Source of the DNA: a virus
Reading direction: 5' to 3' (one strand)
DNA length: 64,000 nt
Virus record (IMG/VR): IMGVR_UViG_3300028920_000040
Location: 32,001-96,000 of that record
Shown: positions 40,300 through 50,066 of the stretch, in pieces
Layout of the letters: every line of letters starts with the position of its first letter
Position numbering within the stretch: position 1 is the first letter of the stretch
Position numbers and translations under genes: made by a program
Notes under the pieces: model-generated
The model's input: the letters and a program-made list of their open reading frames with translations, nothing else
Databases searched by the model: none
Told to the model about the DNA's origin: nothing

Positions 40300-40467
40300 A
40301 TGAACGTAACTGCTACTTTAGACGGCGAATCCGTAACTATTGTTGATATCGACGTTAACGGATCACAAATTTACATCACATATGTAGACGCAAGCTCAAA
40401 TCTTAAAACCAAAATTAAGTACTTTGAGGAAAACGAAACTATAGCTTCATCCGCAGTCGTCAACTAA
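40300..40467 (+). CDS. 55-aa beta-rich protein, homologous to C-terminus of the downstream 1532-aa protein (not in ORF track)
   Basis: MNVTATLDGESVTIVDIDVNGSQIYITYVDASSNLKTKIKYFEENETIASSAVVN*, with AGGAGG RBS. Confidence 0.8.
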   Translation: MNVTATLDGESVTIVDIDVNGSQIYITYVDASSNLKTKIKYFEENETIASSAVVN

Positions 40468-40500
40468 GATTAAATAAAATTAGAAATATAGGAGATAAGT

Positions 40501-43500
40501 ATGTCCAATAATTTCCATTGGGTAGGTACAGATACTAGTTTTAATACATCGGCAAACTGGTCTTCAGCTACAAGTGGTGCAGGAGGATATGGTGTTCCTA
40601 CATCTGCCGATAATATAATATTTGATTATGGTTCTCAGGATTGTAATTTGAGCAGTGCAATTATTTGTCATTCTATTTCATCCACACCAACCTATTCTGG
40701 TGATTTAAATCTAAGTGGAAATAACATTACATGTGTTAGTGGTGGTGGAATATCACTAGATCATAATGGAACAATTAATACTGGAGGTTCTGTTGACTTA
40801 ACTACAGATTCAGATGTTTATGTATCAACATTATTAACAGGATTACTTTTTGGATCGGCTAGATTTATATTTACTTCTGATGGAACATTTGATGTTCGTG
40901 GTAATAGATATTTAGACGGAATAAAATTAGACGGAGATAATCTTACTGTTACATATGCATCTACTAATGGTGTTCATGAAAATGGTTTTGGCAACTATCC
41001 ATTAGAAGCCGGTAATAATTGTACTTTTATACCAAACCAAAGATTTATTATGCGTCGTAGTAGTGAGCCTGTAGAAACTACGCTTGCTTTTTTCTCTGCT
41101 GGTTCTAATTTTACTGTTGGTGGTACTGGTATATTTGAATTTTATGCTTTATTTGCAATTAATGAAACCAGACAAATTCCAGCTTTTACTTATACAGGAT
41201 CAAATCAAGTTAGATATATTTGTACGTCTGAAAACACCACACTTGAAATTACTGGAGATTTAGATTTAGGAACAGCTACAATCAATCTTGGTGCTGATAG
41301 TAGAATGTATGATCATACTTTAGATTTAAATGGTCATACTATTAATTGTGGTACATTTGCTGGCCCTATGATTCGTTATCTTAATGGCCCTACACCAAGT
41401 TGTGATTTTACTAGTGCTACAATAAACTGTAATAATTTTGTATTAGGAACTCAGTATGCAGTAACATCGGCCCATGCTGGTAATTGGAATCTTGAAGGAT
41501 TTACACTCAATACAAGTGGTGATATAACATATCCAGCATATCAAAATATTTCTGGTGATTATAATATTAATATTTTTGATGATTGTGATATTACAAGTAA
41601 TAGTGCAACATTAGGAAATATTAATGTTAATACATCAGGTACTGTTAATCTTCAAGATGCATTAACTTGTAGTACTGTAACAATTACAGATGGTAATTGG
41701 TATTATAACAGTAATACTTTAGATTGTGTTTCTGGTGGATTTTCTATGGACGGTGGTGTTAGAACGCTTTCCGCAGATGGAGAAACTTTTATTGCTGGAG
41801 ATTTTCATGTGGGAGGAAGTGTAGATGTTAATATTGATAAACGTATAACATTTACCGATAATGGAAATCTTGATATTGATCGTTCAGCATATGATATAAA
41901 CGGAATAACAATAAACGCAGGTGTTACCGTGACCCGTATTTGTGGGGCAACTGGTCAATCTCATATAAATGACGGTGATGGCGTACCGCTTATCATGGGT
42001 GATAATAGCACCTTCACAGTCAACGGTTCCGGCGATCTTGGATTATGGCTTGGGAGTGCTGGAGCGTCAATGACATTCGGAAGCGGTGCAGTAATAAACG
42101 GGAGCAGAAATATTGTTGCCTGTCTCACAAATGCGGCGGTTACGGGTACTTGTCCGGCCTTTACCTATTCGGGTACGGGCGGCGTATACTTCCAAACCTT
42201 GAGCAATAGTAGCTCAATACAGCTCACGGGTGCGCTAAATGTTACAAGTGGAACCGGGATTAATTTCAATCTCATTGGATCAAGCACATCAATTGACCTG
42301 AACGAGCAGACAATAACTGCCCCTGCGTTTTCTTATACTGGTACAGGCACCTTTGATTTCGACAACACAACGCAGAATACAGACGGGAATTATTCTATTG
42401 CCGCCACGTCAACTATCAGCAACCCGTCAACGTCAACTATCAACATCACTGGAACCTGTGACTTAACTTCCAATGGAAAAACTTTAGGAGCCATAGTGTT
42501 TCCGTCTGGTAGTTCTGGTACAACAACCCTCCAAGATGATTTAACTTGTGCATCTATTGCCATGAACTCTGGTAATACAAATTCATTCGTTGCTAACGGA
42601 AACGACATTACCTGTATTTCTGGTGGAATGAATTTGGTTGACGGTAGAATTACTATTACTAATCCTAGCAATGTATCACTTGCTGGTGATTTAACATATA
42701 AAGCTACAATGTTAAATCAGGGTAGCCGTATAAATGTATTCACTTTTACTGCGAACGCAACAATTACATGGAATGATACGGGGAGTAATTGGGATATTGA
42801 TGGTGGCCTTGTAATAGCTGATGGTGTAACTCTAATAAAAGCAGGTAGTGTTGGTACAGCTTTTCAGCCGCACGGCAACGGATCGAACGCGGCTATTACA
42901 ATGACAAATGCTACTTTAACATTAAATTCTGGTATTCAGGTAAAGATGGATGCTACTGGAAGTGTCTTTAATCTTACTGGTAGTAATACCTTTAATGGTA
43001 GTGATACGATGGAGTTAAGAATAAATGGAGGTAATAATAAAATTGCAACAATAGATGCGTTTACATTGGGCGGTACTGTAAATCTATATCTTAATACTAC
43101 TGCTGGTACAGGACATTCGTTCCTTTTTGATGGTGATGTTGCGGTTTCTGGTGGAACATTTACGCATAATATTCTTGACGGAAATAAAATAGACTTTAAT
43201 GGAAATATATTAACAGTAGGCGATTATACTGAACAGCTTAATGGAACTGAAAGAATAGAACTTAATGGTGGTTCATTTGTTTGTGATTCTTTTGATCTTA
43301 CAGGAACCGGGGGAACATTTGATGTTTCTGCTGGTAATATTGTTTGTACTAGTGCTTTCACAGCAGGTTCTAATTTAACATTTGGAAATGCTAATACTGG
43401 AAATTTATTAAACCCAACTGGAGTAACTTTTAATACTAATGGTGTTGAAATTCCTGTATTATACTTTAGTGGAACCTCTGCTGACTTTACTTTAAATGAA

Positions 43501-45099
43501 TCCATTAAGTGTGCTGGTGTTACTACTATTGCTGATTATAGTGGAGATTTTTCATACGGTGGTTATGAATTAAGTTCTAATGGAGATATGAATTTCGATC
43601 ATACTGGAGCGTTAGCCGCTAATGCTACAACACATGTAAATGGTAATCTTCATGCTGGTAATACTATAGCAGGATATGATATTTTCTCTAGAATACATTT
43701 TACTGGTTCTGGTAATTTAGATATTGATGATGTTGTAATTGGTACTGGTATAACCAATGGACTTGAATTAGACGATGATGTAACCGTACCTGTAATAGGC
43801 GCATCACAAACAAGTATAACAGATGGTACTCCTATAATCATATTAGGTGATAATGCTACTCTTACGGTCAATAATACTGTTAAATTGCGTAATACTGTTA
43901 ATGCTAACTCGGCGTTTTCTCTTGGTGCTGGTGCTCAGATTAATGGAAGTGGAACAGTTATTATAGAAATGGCATCAACAAGTATTAAAACATGTAAGGT
44001 TGGAAATCTTAATTATACAGGAACTGGAAGTGTTCAATGTGGAGCTTCTATTGTTGTTGGTATAGTTGAATTAGATAATGATACAAATATTGATGGAGAG
44101 TTGAGAGTATTAGATAATGCTCAATTTAATATGAATTCTCAAACATTAGATTGTGGAAGTTTCAGATTTGGTAATGGAATACTTGATATGACAAGTGGAA
44201 CCATAAATTGTGATGGCGATTTTTACATGGATGATCCAACAGCTACAATTCAAAATATTTCTGATTCTATTATAAACATTTTGGGAACTTGCACATTTAC
44301 TTCCAATGGAATTACTTTCCAAGATATTAATGCAAATACAGCCGCACAAATTTTAACATTTGTGGATGGATTAACTTGTGATAATCTTAAAGCAAATCCA
44401 GCCGCAAGATTAAGATTTAAGGGTGGAGAAACTTATACTTGGTCAACATTCAATGAACTTGATTGGGCAGGAGAAACGATAAACAAAATTACTATTGATA
44501 CTGATGGTGGAGTTGCTTTCTGGGATAATCCATCAAGTATGAAGTTATTTAACTGTAATGTTTCTGGTATTTCTGCTCTTGAAGAAGTCGATGCGTTTGT
44601 TACAGACGGAAATACAGATAATGGTAGTAATACAAACTTCGACTTTACAGAAACATATCCTGCTATTTTTAATGTAACATGGAATAATAGTACAAGTACT
44701 ATTGGTGTCGAGTGTAGTGGAGCAGAACCAGTACAGCTCGATGGTAAAGTTGAAGTGTCTGAAACAGGCGAAGCGAACTGGGTAGAACTAGATGTATATC
44801 TTGGTTGGAGTGATAATTTAGTTTCGGGCACAATAGGAAATCTATCGGCAGATTCTTACGATGTTAAACTAACTAATGATGATGGACAATCTACTATTAG
44901 TATTGGCGGACTTTCTCTTGGAGGAGAAACTGTTGTTCAAGCAACATATAATGGAGAATCTGTAAGTATAGTTGGATATAGTAAGTCGGGAGATTCGACA
45001 TATCCAATATATGTTGACGGATCATATAATCTAATAATATCAAAGGACTATACTATTTCTGCAGGAACCATTGTTGCGACAGGAGCATCTATAGCTTAA
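40501..45099 (+). CDS. 1532-aa repetitive beta-helix/adhesin-like virion protein
   Basis: N-terminal W.G..TSANWS..VPTSADNIIFD. About four long internal repeats (C.SGG, TSNG.T, LTC); G/T/N/S-rich. Confidence 0.7.
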   Translation: MSNNFHWVGTDTSFNTSANWSSATSGAGGYGVPTSADNIIFDYGSQDCNLSSAIICHSISSTPTYSGDLNLSGNNITCVSGGGISLDHNGTINTGGSVDLTTDSDVYVSTLLTGLLFGSARFIFTSDGTFDVRGNRYLDGIKLDGDNLTVTYASTNGVHENGFGNYPLEAGNNCTFIPNQRFIMRRSSEPVETTLAFFSAGSNFTVGGTGIFEFYALFAINETRQIPAFTYTGSNQVRYICTSENTTLEITGDLDLGTATINLGADSRMYDHTLDLNGHTINCGTFAGPMIRYLNGPTPSCDFTSATINCNNFVLGTQYAVTSAHAGNWNLEGFTLNTSGDITYPAYQNISGDYNINIFDDCDITSNSATLGNINVNTSGTVNLQDALTCSTVTITDGNWYYNSNTLDCVSGGFSMDGGVRTLSADGETFIAGDFHVGGSVDVNIDKRITFTDNGNLDIDRSAYDINGITINAGVTVTRICGATGQSHINDGDGVPLIMGDNSTFTVNGSGDLGLWLGSAGASMTFGSGAVINGSRNIVACLTNAAVTGTCPAFTYSGTGGVYFQTLSNSSSIQLTGALNVTSGTGINFNLIGSSTSIDLNEQTITAPAFSYTGTGTFDFDNTTQNTDGNYSIAATSTISNPSTSTINITGTCDLTSNGKTLGAIVFPSGSSGTTTLQDDLTCASIAMNSGNTNSFVANGNDITCISGGMNLVDGRITITNPSNVSLAGDLTYKATMLNQGSRINVFTFTANATITWNDTGSNWDIDGGLVIADGVTLIKAGSVGTAFQPHGNGSNAAITMTNATLTLNSGIQVKMDATGSVFNLTGSNTFNGSDTMELRINGGNNKIATIDAFTLGGTVNLYLNTTAGTGHSFLFDGDVAVSGGTFTHNILDGNKIDFNGNILTVGDYTEQLNGTERIELNGGSFVCDSFDLTGTGGTFDVSAGNIVCTSAFTAGSNLTFGNANTGNLLNPTGVTFNTNGVEIPVLYFSGTSADFTLNESIKCAGVTTIADYSGDFSYGGYELSSNGDMNFDHTGALAANATTHVNGNLHAGNTIAGYDIFSRIHFTGSGNLDIDDVVIGTGITNGLELDDDVTVPVIGASQTSITDGTPIIILGDNATLTVNNTVKLRNTVNANSAFSLGAGAQINGSGTVIIEMASTSIKTCKVGNLNYTGTGSVQCGASIVVGIVELDNDTNIDGELRVLDNAQFNMNSQTLDCGSFRFGNGILDMTSGTINCDGDFYMDDPTATIQNISDSIINILGTCTFTSNGITFQDINANTAAQILTFVDGLTCDNLKANPAARLRFKGGETYTWSTFNELDWAGETINKITIDTDGGVAFWDNPSSMKLFNCNVSGISALEEVDAFVTDGNTDNGSNTNFDFTETYPAIFNVTWNNSTSTIGVECSGAEPVQLDGKVEVSETGEANWVELDVYLGWSDNLVSGTIGNLSADSYDVKLTNDDGQSTISIGGLSLGGETVVQATYNGESVSIVGYSKSGDSTYPIYVDGSYNLIISKDYTISAGTIVATGASIA

Positions 45100-45100
45100 T

Positions 45101-45247
45101 ATGATTACTGAAATGAAACATACTGAAAGATTTGGCATCAAGTGGCCAAGAAGAAAATTAGAAGTTAAGAAACTTTCTGAAGTATATAAATCAGGAAACA
45201 ATAATCGTCGCAAGGACGATACGAATAAGGTGGATATACTTATATGA
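45101..45247 (+). CDS. 48-aa basic hypothetical protein (not in ORF track)
   Basis: MITEMKHTERFGIKWPRRK...; ATGA overlap with the 45244 ORF. Confidence 0.4.
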   Translation: MITEMKHTERFGIKWPRRKLEVKKLSEVYKSGNNNRRKDDTNKVDILI

Positions 45248-45516
45248 CTAATCTTATTTTAATAGGAGCAGCCATTTTAATTTTGGTTGTTTGGAAAGGA
45301 TATAATCCTCCAAACGAATATGATGTTAAATATTATGATGGAAGTCATCTCATTTGGAATGTCGTATCAACTAAAAAGCCAAAAAGAACAAAAAAATATA
45401 TAAAGGTATATAATCCCGAAACAGAAACTTGGATGGAGATTAATATTAAAGATTCGGCTAGTGTTAAAATAGAAAAGATAGATTATATATTAAGAAAGGA
45501 AAAAGTACCGAAATAA
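45244..45516 (+). CDS. small membrane-anchored hypothetical protein
   Basis: N-terminal hydrophobic segment LILIGAAILILVVW. Confidence 0.6.
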   Translation: MTNLILIGAAILILVVWKGYNPPNEYDVKYYDGSHLIWNVVSTKKPKRTKKYIKVYNPETETWMEINIKDSASVKIEKIDYILRKEKVPK

Positions 45517-45863
45517 GGGCCTGACTTGGATTTCGACTTAATGATCTTTGACAGGTAGTTGCATGTAGGAGTTGATCGATGGCTCCTTAAAAATCGATCA
45601 AAATATAAATGCAGAAGAATACTCTTATGCAATGGCTGCTTAATTAAAAAGCGGCGATCCAATGATCTGATGCTTCTAGGATCATTGGTTAATCAGAAGC
45701 TGGATGGTATGTAATCCCTGACATATCATTAAGATATTGGGATGCTTTTGTAATAAGTTTGTATAGTTTTTTATTACAAAATAAGATATTAAATTATACT
45801 AAACATGTGAACGAAACTATTTGGCGGATATTAAGGACTCGGGTTCGATCCCCGACAGGTCCA
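45517..45863 (+). ncRNA. ssrA: tmRNA (ssrA), tag (A)AEEYSYAMAA
   Basis: 5' GGGCCTGACTTGGATTTCGAC. 3' T-arm TCGGGTTCGATCCCCGA then CAGGTCCA gives a 7-bp acceptor stem with G3:U and discriminator A. PK1-like pairings GGAG/CTCC and TTGATCGAT/ATCGATCAA. Tag ORF 45611-45643 ends in AA-stop. Confidence 0.95.
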
Positions 45864-45888
45864 TTATTTTTGTTATAAAGGATTTAAA

Positions 45889-45896
45889 TATAAATA
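45889..45896 (+). promoter_or_regulatory. T4-type late promoter TATAAATA heading the CTS-gene block
   Basis: Exact motif 38 nt upstream of the ATG at 45934. Overlaps an AT-only inverted repeat (45890-99 / 45911-20). Confidence 0.65.
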
Positions 45897-45933
45897 ATTA
45901 TGATATATTCAATTATTTATCGAGGACTGCCAA

Positions 45934-46959
45934 ATGAATTTTAGAGATTATTATTTTACAGAATCTAAAAAATACGATCATATAGATTTTAAACCCCCGA
46001 ATGGAGTCGCATCTGAAGCAAAAAAAGGATTAGAGTTTCGTCAAAAAGCGGGAGATAAAGGCGGATTATCTGTTAAACAAGCCAAAAAAGAGGGTGTTGG
46101 ATCAGGAGTTCAAAGAGCAGTCAATCTTAAAAATAGAGATACAATGTCTCCAAAGACTGTTAAAAGAATGAAAGCATTTTTTGATAGACATGAAAAAAAT
46201 GCAAAAATAGATTCGAAATATAAAGGAACTCCTTGGAAAGATAAAGGCTATGTCGCATGGCTACTTTGGGGAGGAGATGCAGGAAGATCGTGGGCAAATA
46301 AGATAGTTCGTCAAATGGAATCTGCTGATAAAAAAATTAATGAAGGATTTGAAGATGTTGAAAAAGCATTAGAAAGAGGCAGAAATAGCGATCCGGCCGA
46401 TCCCGATCTTTGGGAAAAAATTAAAAAAGAAGCAGACAAAAAATATGGAAAAAAGTCTTCTGCATATAAAAGTGGAAAATATATCATCAAAGAAAATGAT
46501 TTACCGGAGTTAGTTCTCCCAATAGGAATTTCGGGCTCGGGTAAAAGTACATGGATTAAGGAATTTAACAAAGATAACAAATACAGAGTTGTCGAGCCGG
46601 ATGGAATTCGCAGAGAAGTAACTGGTGATGTATCTGATGCAAGTCAGGATAAACAAGTTTGGAAGATTGCAAAACAGAGGACTATAAATTCGTTAAGAGG
46701 CGACCAGAGTGTTATTTTGGATGCCACCAACATTGATCCTGACCACCGAGCAGAATTTATAGAAGGTCTTCCTGAATGTGAATTAAAAGCAAAAATATTT
46801 AGACTTGATCCTGAAGAAGCAAAGAAAAGAATTAAATCTGATATAGAATCTGGAAAAGATAGATCGAATGTACCTGAAGAAATTGTCGATAAGATGTTTG
46901 ATAGATTTCAGGATAGTATTTCAAAATTAGAAGATCAAGGATTTCAAATTATTAAATAA
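45934..46959 (+). CDS. fusion: basic phage domain + short LWEK..SAYKSG module + P-loop kinase (AAA_33/PNK-like)
   Basis: GISGSGKST, DGIRRE and VILDATN..R are PNK-like kinase motifs. N-terminal GYVAWLLWGGDAG domain; CTS-like start. Confidence 0.75.
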   Translation: MNFRDYYFTESKKYDHIDFKPPNGVASEAKKGLEFRQKAGDKGGLSVKQAKKEGVGSGVQRAVNLKNRDTMSPKTVKRMKAFFDRHEKNAKIDSKYKGTPWKDKGYVAWLLWGGDAGRSWANKIVRQMESADKKINEGFEDVEKALERGRNSDPADPDLWEKIKKEADKKYGKKSSAYKSGKYIIKENDLPELVLPIGISGSGKSTWIKEFNKDNKYRVVEPDGIRREVTGDVSDASQDKQVWKIAKQRTINSLRGDQSVILDATNIDPDHRAEFIEGLPECELKAKIFRLDPEEAKKRIKSDIESGKDRSNVPEEIVDKMFDRFQDSISKLEDQGFQIIK

Positions 46960-47320
46960 GGAGAGTAAAATGAATTTTAAAGATTATTTAGATGAAGTTA
47001 TAATGAGGCAGTTGAATGAATCTGGTGGCAAAACTAAAACAATAGTTACATATAAAGTAAAAGCTAAGAAAAAGATTGAAGACCCGAAATACAAAGAACC
47101 AGGTGCGTTTGTTAAAAAGGGATTAACTAAGGAAATCAAAAAAAATGAAATAGATTTTATTAAGAAGAATGGTTATACTTTTGATATTCCAATGAGAGAT
47201 TATTCCGCCAAGATTAAAGTGAGTCCAGAAGATTTGGATATTTTAGAAGTAACACAAACAATTACAACAAGTACATCTTCTAAAAAAATATAATCTAAAT
47301 TAGAAGATCAAGGATTTCAA
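46924..47320 (+). repeat. 24-bp direct repeat flanking the 46970 gene
   Basis: aaattagaagatcaaggatttcaa at 46924-46947 and 47297-47320. Confidence 0.9.
46970..47293 (+). CDS. hypothetical protein with CTS-like N-terminus
   Basis: Starts MNFKDYLDE..QLNE. Confidence 0.65.
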   Translation: MNFKDYLDEVIMRQLNESGGKTKTIVTYKVKAKKKIEDPKYKEPGAFVKKGLTKEIKKNEIDFIKKNGYTFDIPMRDYSAKIKVSPEDLDILEVTQTITTSTSSKKI

Positions 47321-47340
47321 GTAATCGATTAGGAGAAAAA

Positions 47341-48738
47341 ATGAATTTTAGAGAACATTATTTTACTCTTATAGAAAGATTTGGTCTTGACGCAATGTAC
47401 GTTCCTCCAAAGGATAAGCAGTATCAATTATATGACTTCTATGCATTGTCTTTAATTAATCCAAATGCTTTTATGGATGAAGAAGCACAAGACTATTTTA
47501 AGCAGGCTAAAGAAACTATCGTTAATCATATCTATAATGACTTTATGTATGCTGTATATTTTGCATTAGCGTCTGAACTATATCATACAAATGATGCGTC
47601 TGATTTTGAAAGTTTTAATTATAAAAATGAAAAAGATAGAGCAGATTTAAAAAAAGAAGTTGGTCTTACCGATAAAGAAATTGATATTCTAGGAAAATTA
47701 GGGTCTAATATTCCAAGTAGAAAAGTAAGATATAATAAGCTCAAAAAATTACTTTCTCCTGATGAGATGGCTAATATAGCAATAAAAGTTTTTGGAAAAC
47801 ATAAATGGTGGAATTCTGCATATGGCGGCGAAGCATGGGCAAATATTGCTAAGGGATATAAAAGATTAATTAATGCAAAAACTATTGGAGATAAAATGGT
47901 TGCTATCGATCACGTTTACGATCTTCAACATAATTCAGATACTGTATTCGATAAGGTACAAGAATATTATAAAGGAGGCGACCTTTATTGGTTAAAGAAT
48001 GCTCTTGATGATAAGGCACAAATCAAAGAACCTCATGTTTATCTAGATAAAACATCTCCTCAATTATTCAGACCCCTTGCATATGCTTTTAAACAGCTAT
48101 ATGGAAAAACTCTTGAATCTTTTAAAACAGAAAAAGAAGAAAAAATTAAACAAATATTAGGAAAGTATAATGTTGATATTAATGATCCTCTCGTACAAGA
48201 ATTTTTAAATGCTATTCAACCATTATTAGCCGTTTATGAAAAATTAGATAATTATACTAAAACTGAAATTATTAGTATTATTAAAATTATAAAACAGAAA
48301 GATTATAATCAATTGAGTGACGATGATACATATGATGATTTAAGAGACGCTATAGACACCGAAGAAACATATGATGTTATTGATTATAAAACCGAAGTTA
48401 ATATTAGAAAAGCAATATCAAAGTTTATTAATAGAATAGAAAATTATAAAACAAAACAATTTTCTAATTATCTTATAAAAGCTGGTTCTGAATTATTTGA
48501 TTATATTATTAAAAATAGTTATAATGCAGATAAAATAATGAAGACATATGATAAATTTCTTAAATTGGCCGAAAAAATTTCTACAGCATATAATATAGAT
48601 TTAATACAAGATATATTTCAGAATATAGTAGAAAACATTGAAAACGATAAGATTAAATTTAAAAACGAACAGCAAAAAGAAAAAGCAAAAAAGTTAGTAA
48701 CAACATTATTAATGGATATCGAAGATTGGGGATTATAA
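47341..48738 (+). CDS. paralogue array member 1 (subfamily A)
   Basis: ERFGLDAMYVPPKDKQYQLYDFYAL..SELYH..YGGEAW..IDHVYDLQHN core with a unique C-terminus. Confidence 0.8.
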   Translation: MNFREHYFTLIERFGLDAMYVPPKDKQYQLYDFYALSLINPNAFMDEEAQDYFKQAKETIVNHIYNDFMYAVYFALASELYHTNDASDFESFNYKNEKDRADLKKEVGLTDKEIDILGKLGSNIPSRKVRYNKLKKLLSPDEMANIAIKVFGKHKWWNSAYGGEAWANIAKGYKRLINAKTIGDKMVAIDHVYDLQHNSDTVFDKVQEYYKGGDLYWLKNALDDKAQIKEPHVYLDKTSPQLFRPLAYAFKQLYGKTLESFKTEKEEKIKQILGKYNVDINDPLVQEFLNAIQPLLAVYEKLDNYTKTEIISIIKIIKQKDYNQLSDDDTYDDLRDAIDTEETYDVIDYKTEVNIRKAISKFINRIENYKTKQFSNYLIKAGSELFDYIIKNSYNADKIMKTYDKFLKLAEKISTAYNIDLIQDIFQNIVENIENDKIKFKNEQQKEKAKKLVTTLLMDIEDWGL

Positions 48739-50066
48739 TGAATTTTAGAGAACATTACTTTATAGAAAAGTTTGGTATGGAATCAATTTACACCATACCA
48801 AAAGACAAAGAACAACAGCTCTTTGACTTTTATGCTTTAACAATGTTCAATCCTAATGCATTAATGGATGAAGAAGCCCAGATGTTTTTTTCAGAAGCTA
48901 AAGAAAAAATTATTGACAGCCTTCAAAAATCTTTTATAGATGCTTTATATACGGCCATTGCTGCTGAACTTACTCATACATTAATGCAGGCTTATCCTTT
49001 CTATTATGCATATCGTAATGATCATGACATTAAATCAAAAAAATCTAAAGCAGAAGTTGAAGAAAAATTTACTCCTGAAGAAATAAAGGTACTTAAAAAC
49101 TCTCATAATATTAGATCATATAATTATGATCAAAGAGCAAATTTCTTTAAAGAAAAAGGATACACTCCTGAAAAATTATATATTCTAGCTAAAAAAGTTT
49201 TTGATTTAAATTGGAGTTCTTCATTTGGTGGAAAGAAATGGAAAGAAATAGCGGTGGGATTAGAAAGATTAATTAATGCAAAATCTATGGGTGATAAAAT
49301 GGTCGCTATAGATCATGCTTATGATCTTCAACACAACAACGATACAGTCTTCAATAAAGTAAAAGAATTCGCTAAGCACGGAAGTTACGAGTGGCTCAAA
49401 AGAGCATTGGATTTAAAAGCACAAATTAAAGAGCCTCATGTTTATCTTGATAATATTTCTTCACAATTATATAGACCAATGGCTTACGCATTAAAACAAA
49501 TATATGGAAAAACATTGGAAAGTTTTCTAAAACAAAAAGAAGAAGAAAAACAAAAATTTAAAGAAGAAATTTTAGAAAAGTGGCCAAACATTTTTAATGG
49601 AATTCGTCTTGAACACCAGGCAAAGAGATCATCAATACAATATAATGTTCCAGTTAGTATATTTATACAATATGATTTTGATAAAAATAAATTAATAGAT
49701 TCTTTTTATGTTCGACATAGTAACAAATCAATGTTAAATGATTATAGAAATAGTCCAGATACTATAGAAGTTAAAGTAATAAAACCAGAAGAAGCAAAAC
49801 AGTTTATAATAAAAAAAGCAACAGACGCAAAAAAATACAATTCAAGTGATTATAATAAATTTTTAAAAGGAGCAATTCAAGCAGCTAGGTCAAGAAATTC
49901 TTTTATGGCTCTTTATTATAATACATCATATAATAATTTTGGATTTTCTAGTATAGGCGATTTTGGATATAATAATGAAAAAGATATAAAACCAGGATTT
50001 ATAGCACTTGGTAATTATGTAATAATAGCCATTGTTAATCCAGACGGGAGTATAGATGAAATTTAG
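48738..50066 (+). CDS. paralogue array member 2 (subfamily B)
   Basis: ATG at 48738 (TAATG overlap); EKFGMESIY..IDHAYDLQHNNDTVF. Confidence 0.8.
   Translation: MNFREHYFIEKFGMESIYTIPKDKEQQLFDFYALTMFNPNALMDEEAQMFFSEAKEKIIDSLQKSFIDALYTAIAAELTHTLMQAYPFYYAYRNDHDIKSKKSKAEVEEKFTPEEIKVLKNSHNIRSYNYDQRANFFKEKGYTPEKLYILAKKVFDLNWSSSFGGKKWKEIAVGLERLINAKSMGDKMVAIDHAYDLQHNNDTVFNKVKEFAKHGSYEWLKRALDLKAQIKEPHVYLDNISSQLYRPMAYALKQIYGKTLESFLKQKEEEKQKFKEEILEKWPNIFNGIRLEHQAKRSSIQYNVPVSIFIQYDFDKNKLIDSFYVRHSNKSMLNDYRNSPDTIEVKVIKPEEAKQFIIKKATDAKKYNSSDYNKFLKGAIQAARSRNSFMALYYNTSYNNFGFSSIGDFGYNNEKDIKPGFIALGNYVIIAIVNPDGSIDEI

Noticed and set aside
45834-45863. Stand-alone tRNA gene suggested by the GGTTCGATCCCC T-arm
   Set aside because: It pairs with the 5' end at 45517 and flanks a tag ORF, so it is the tmRNA 3' domain.
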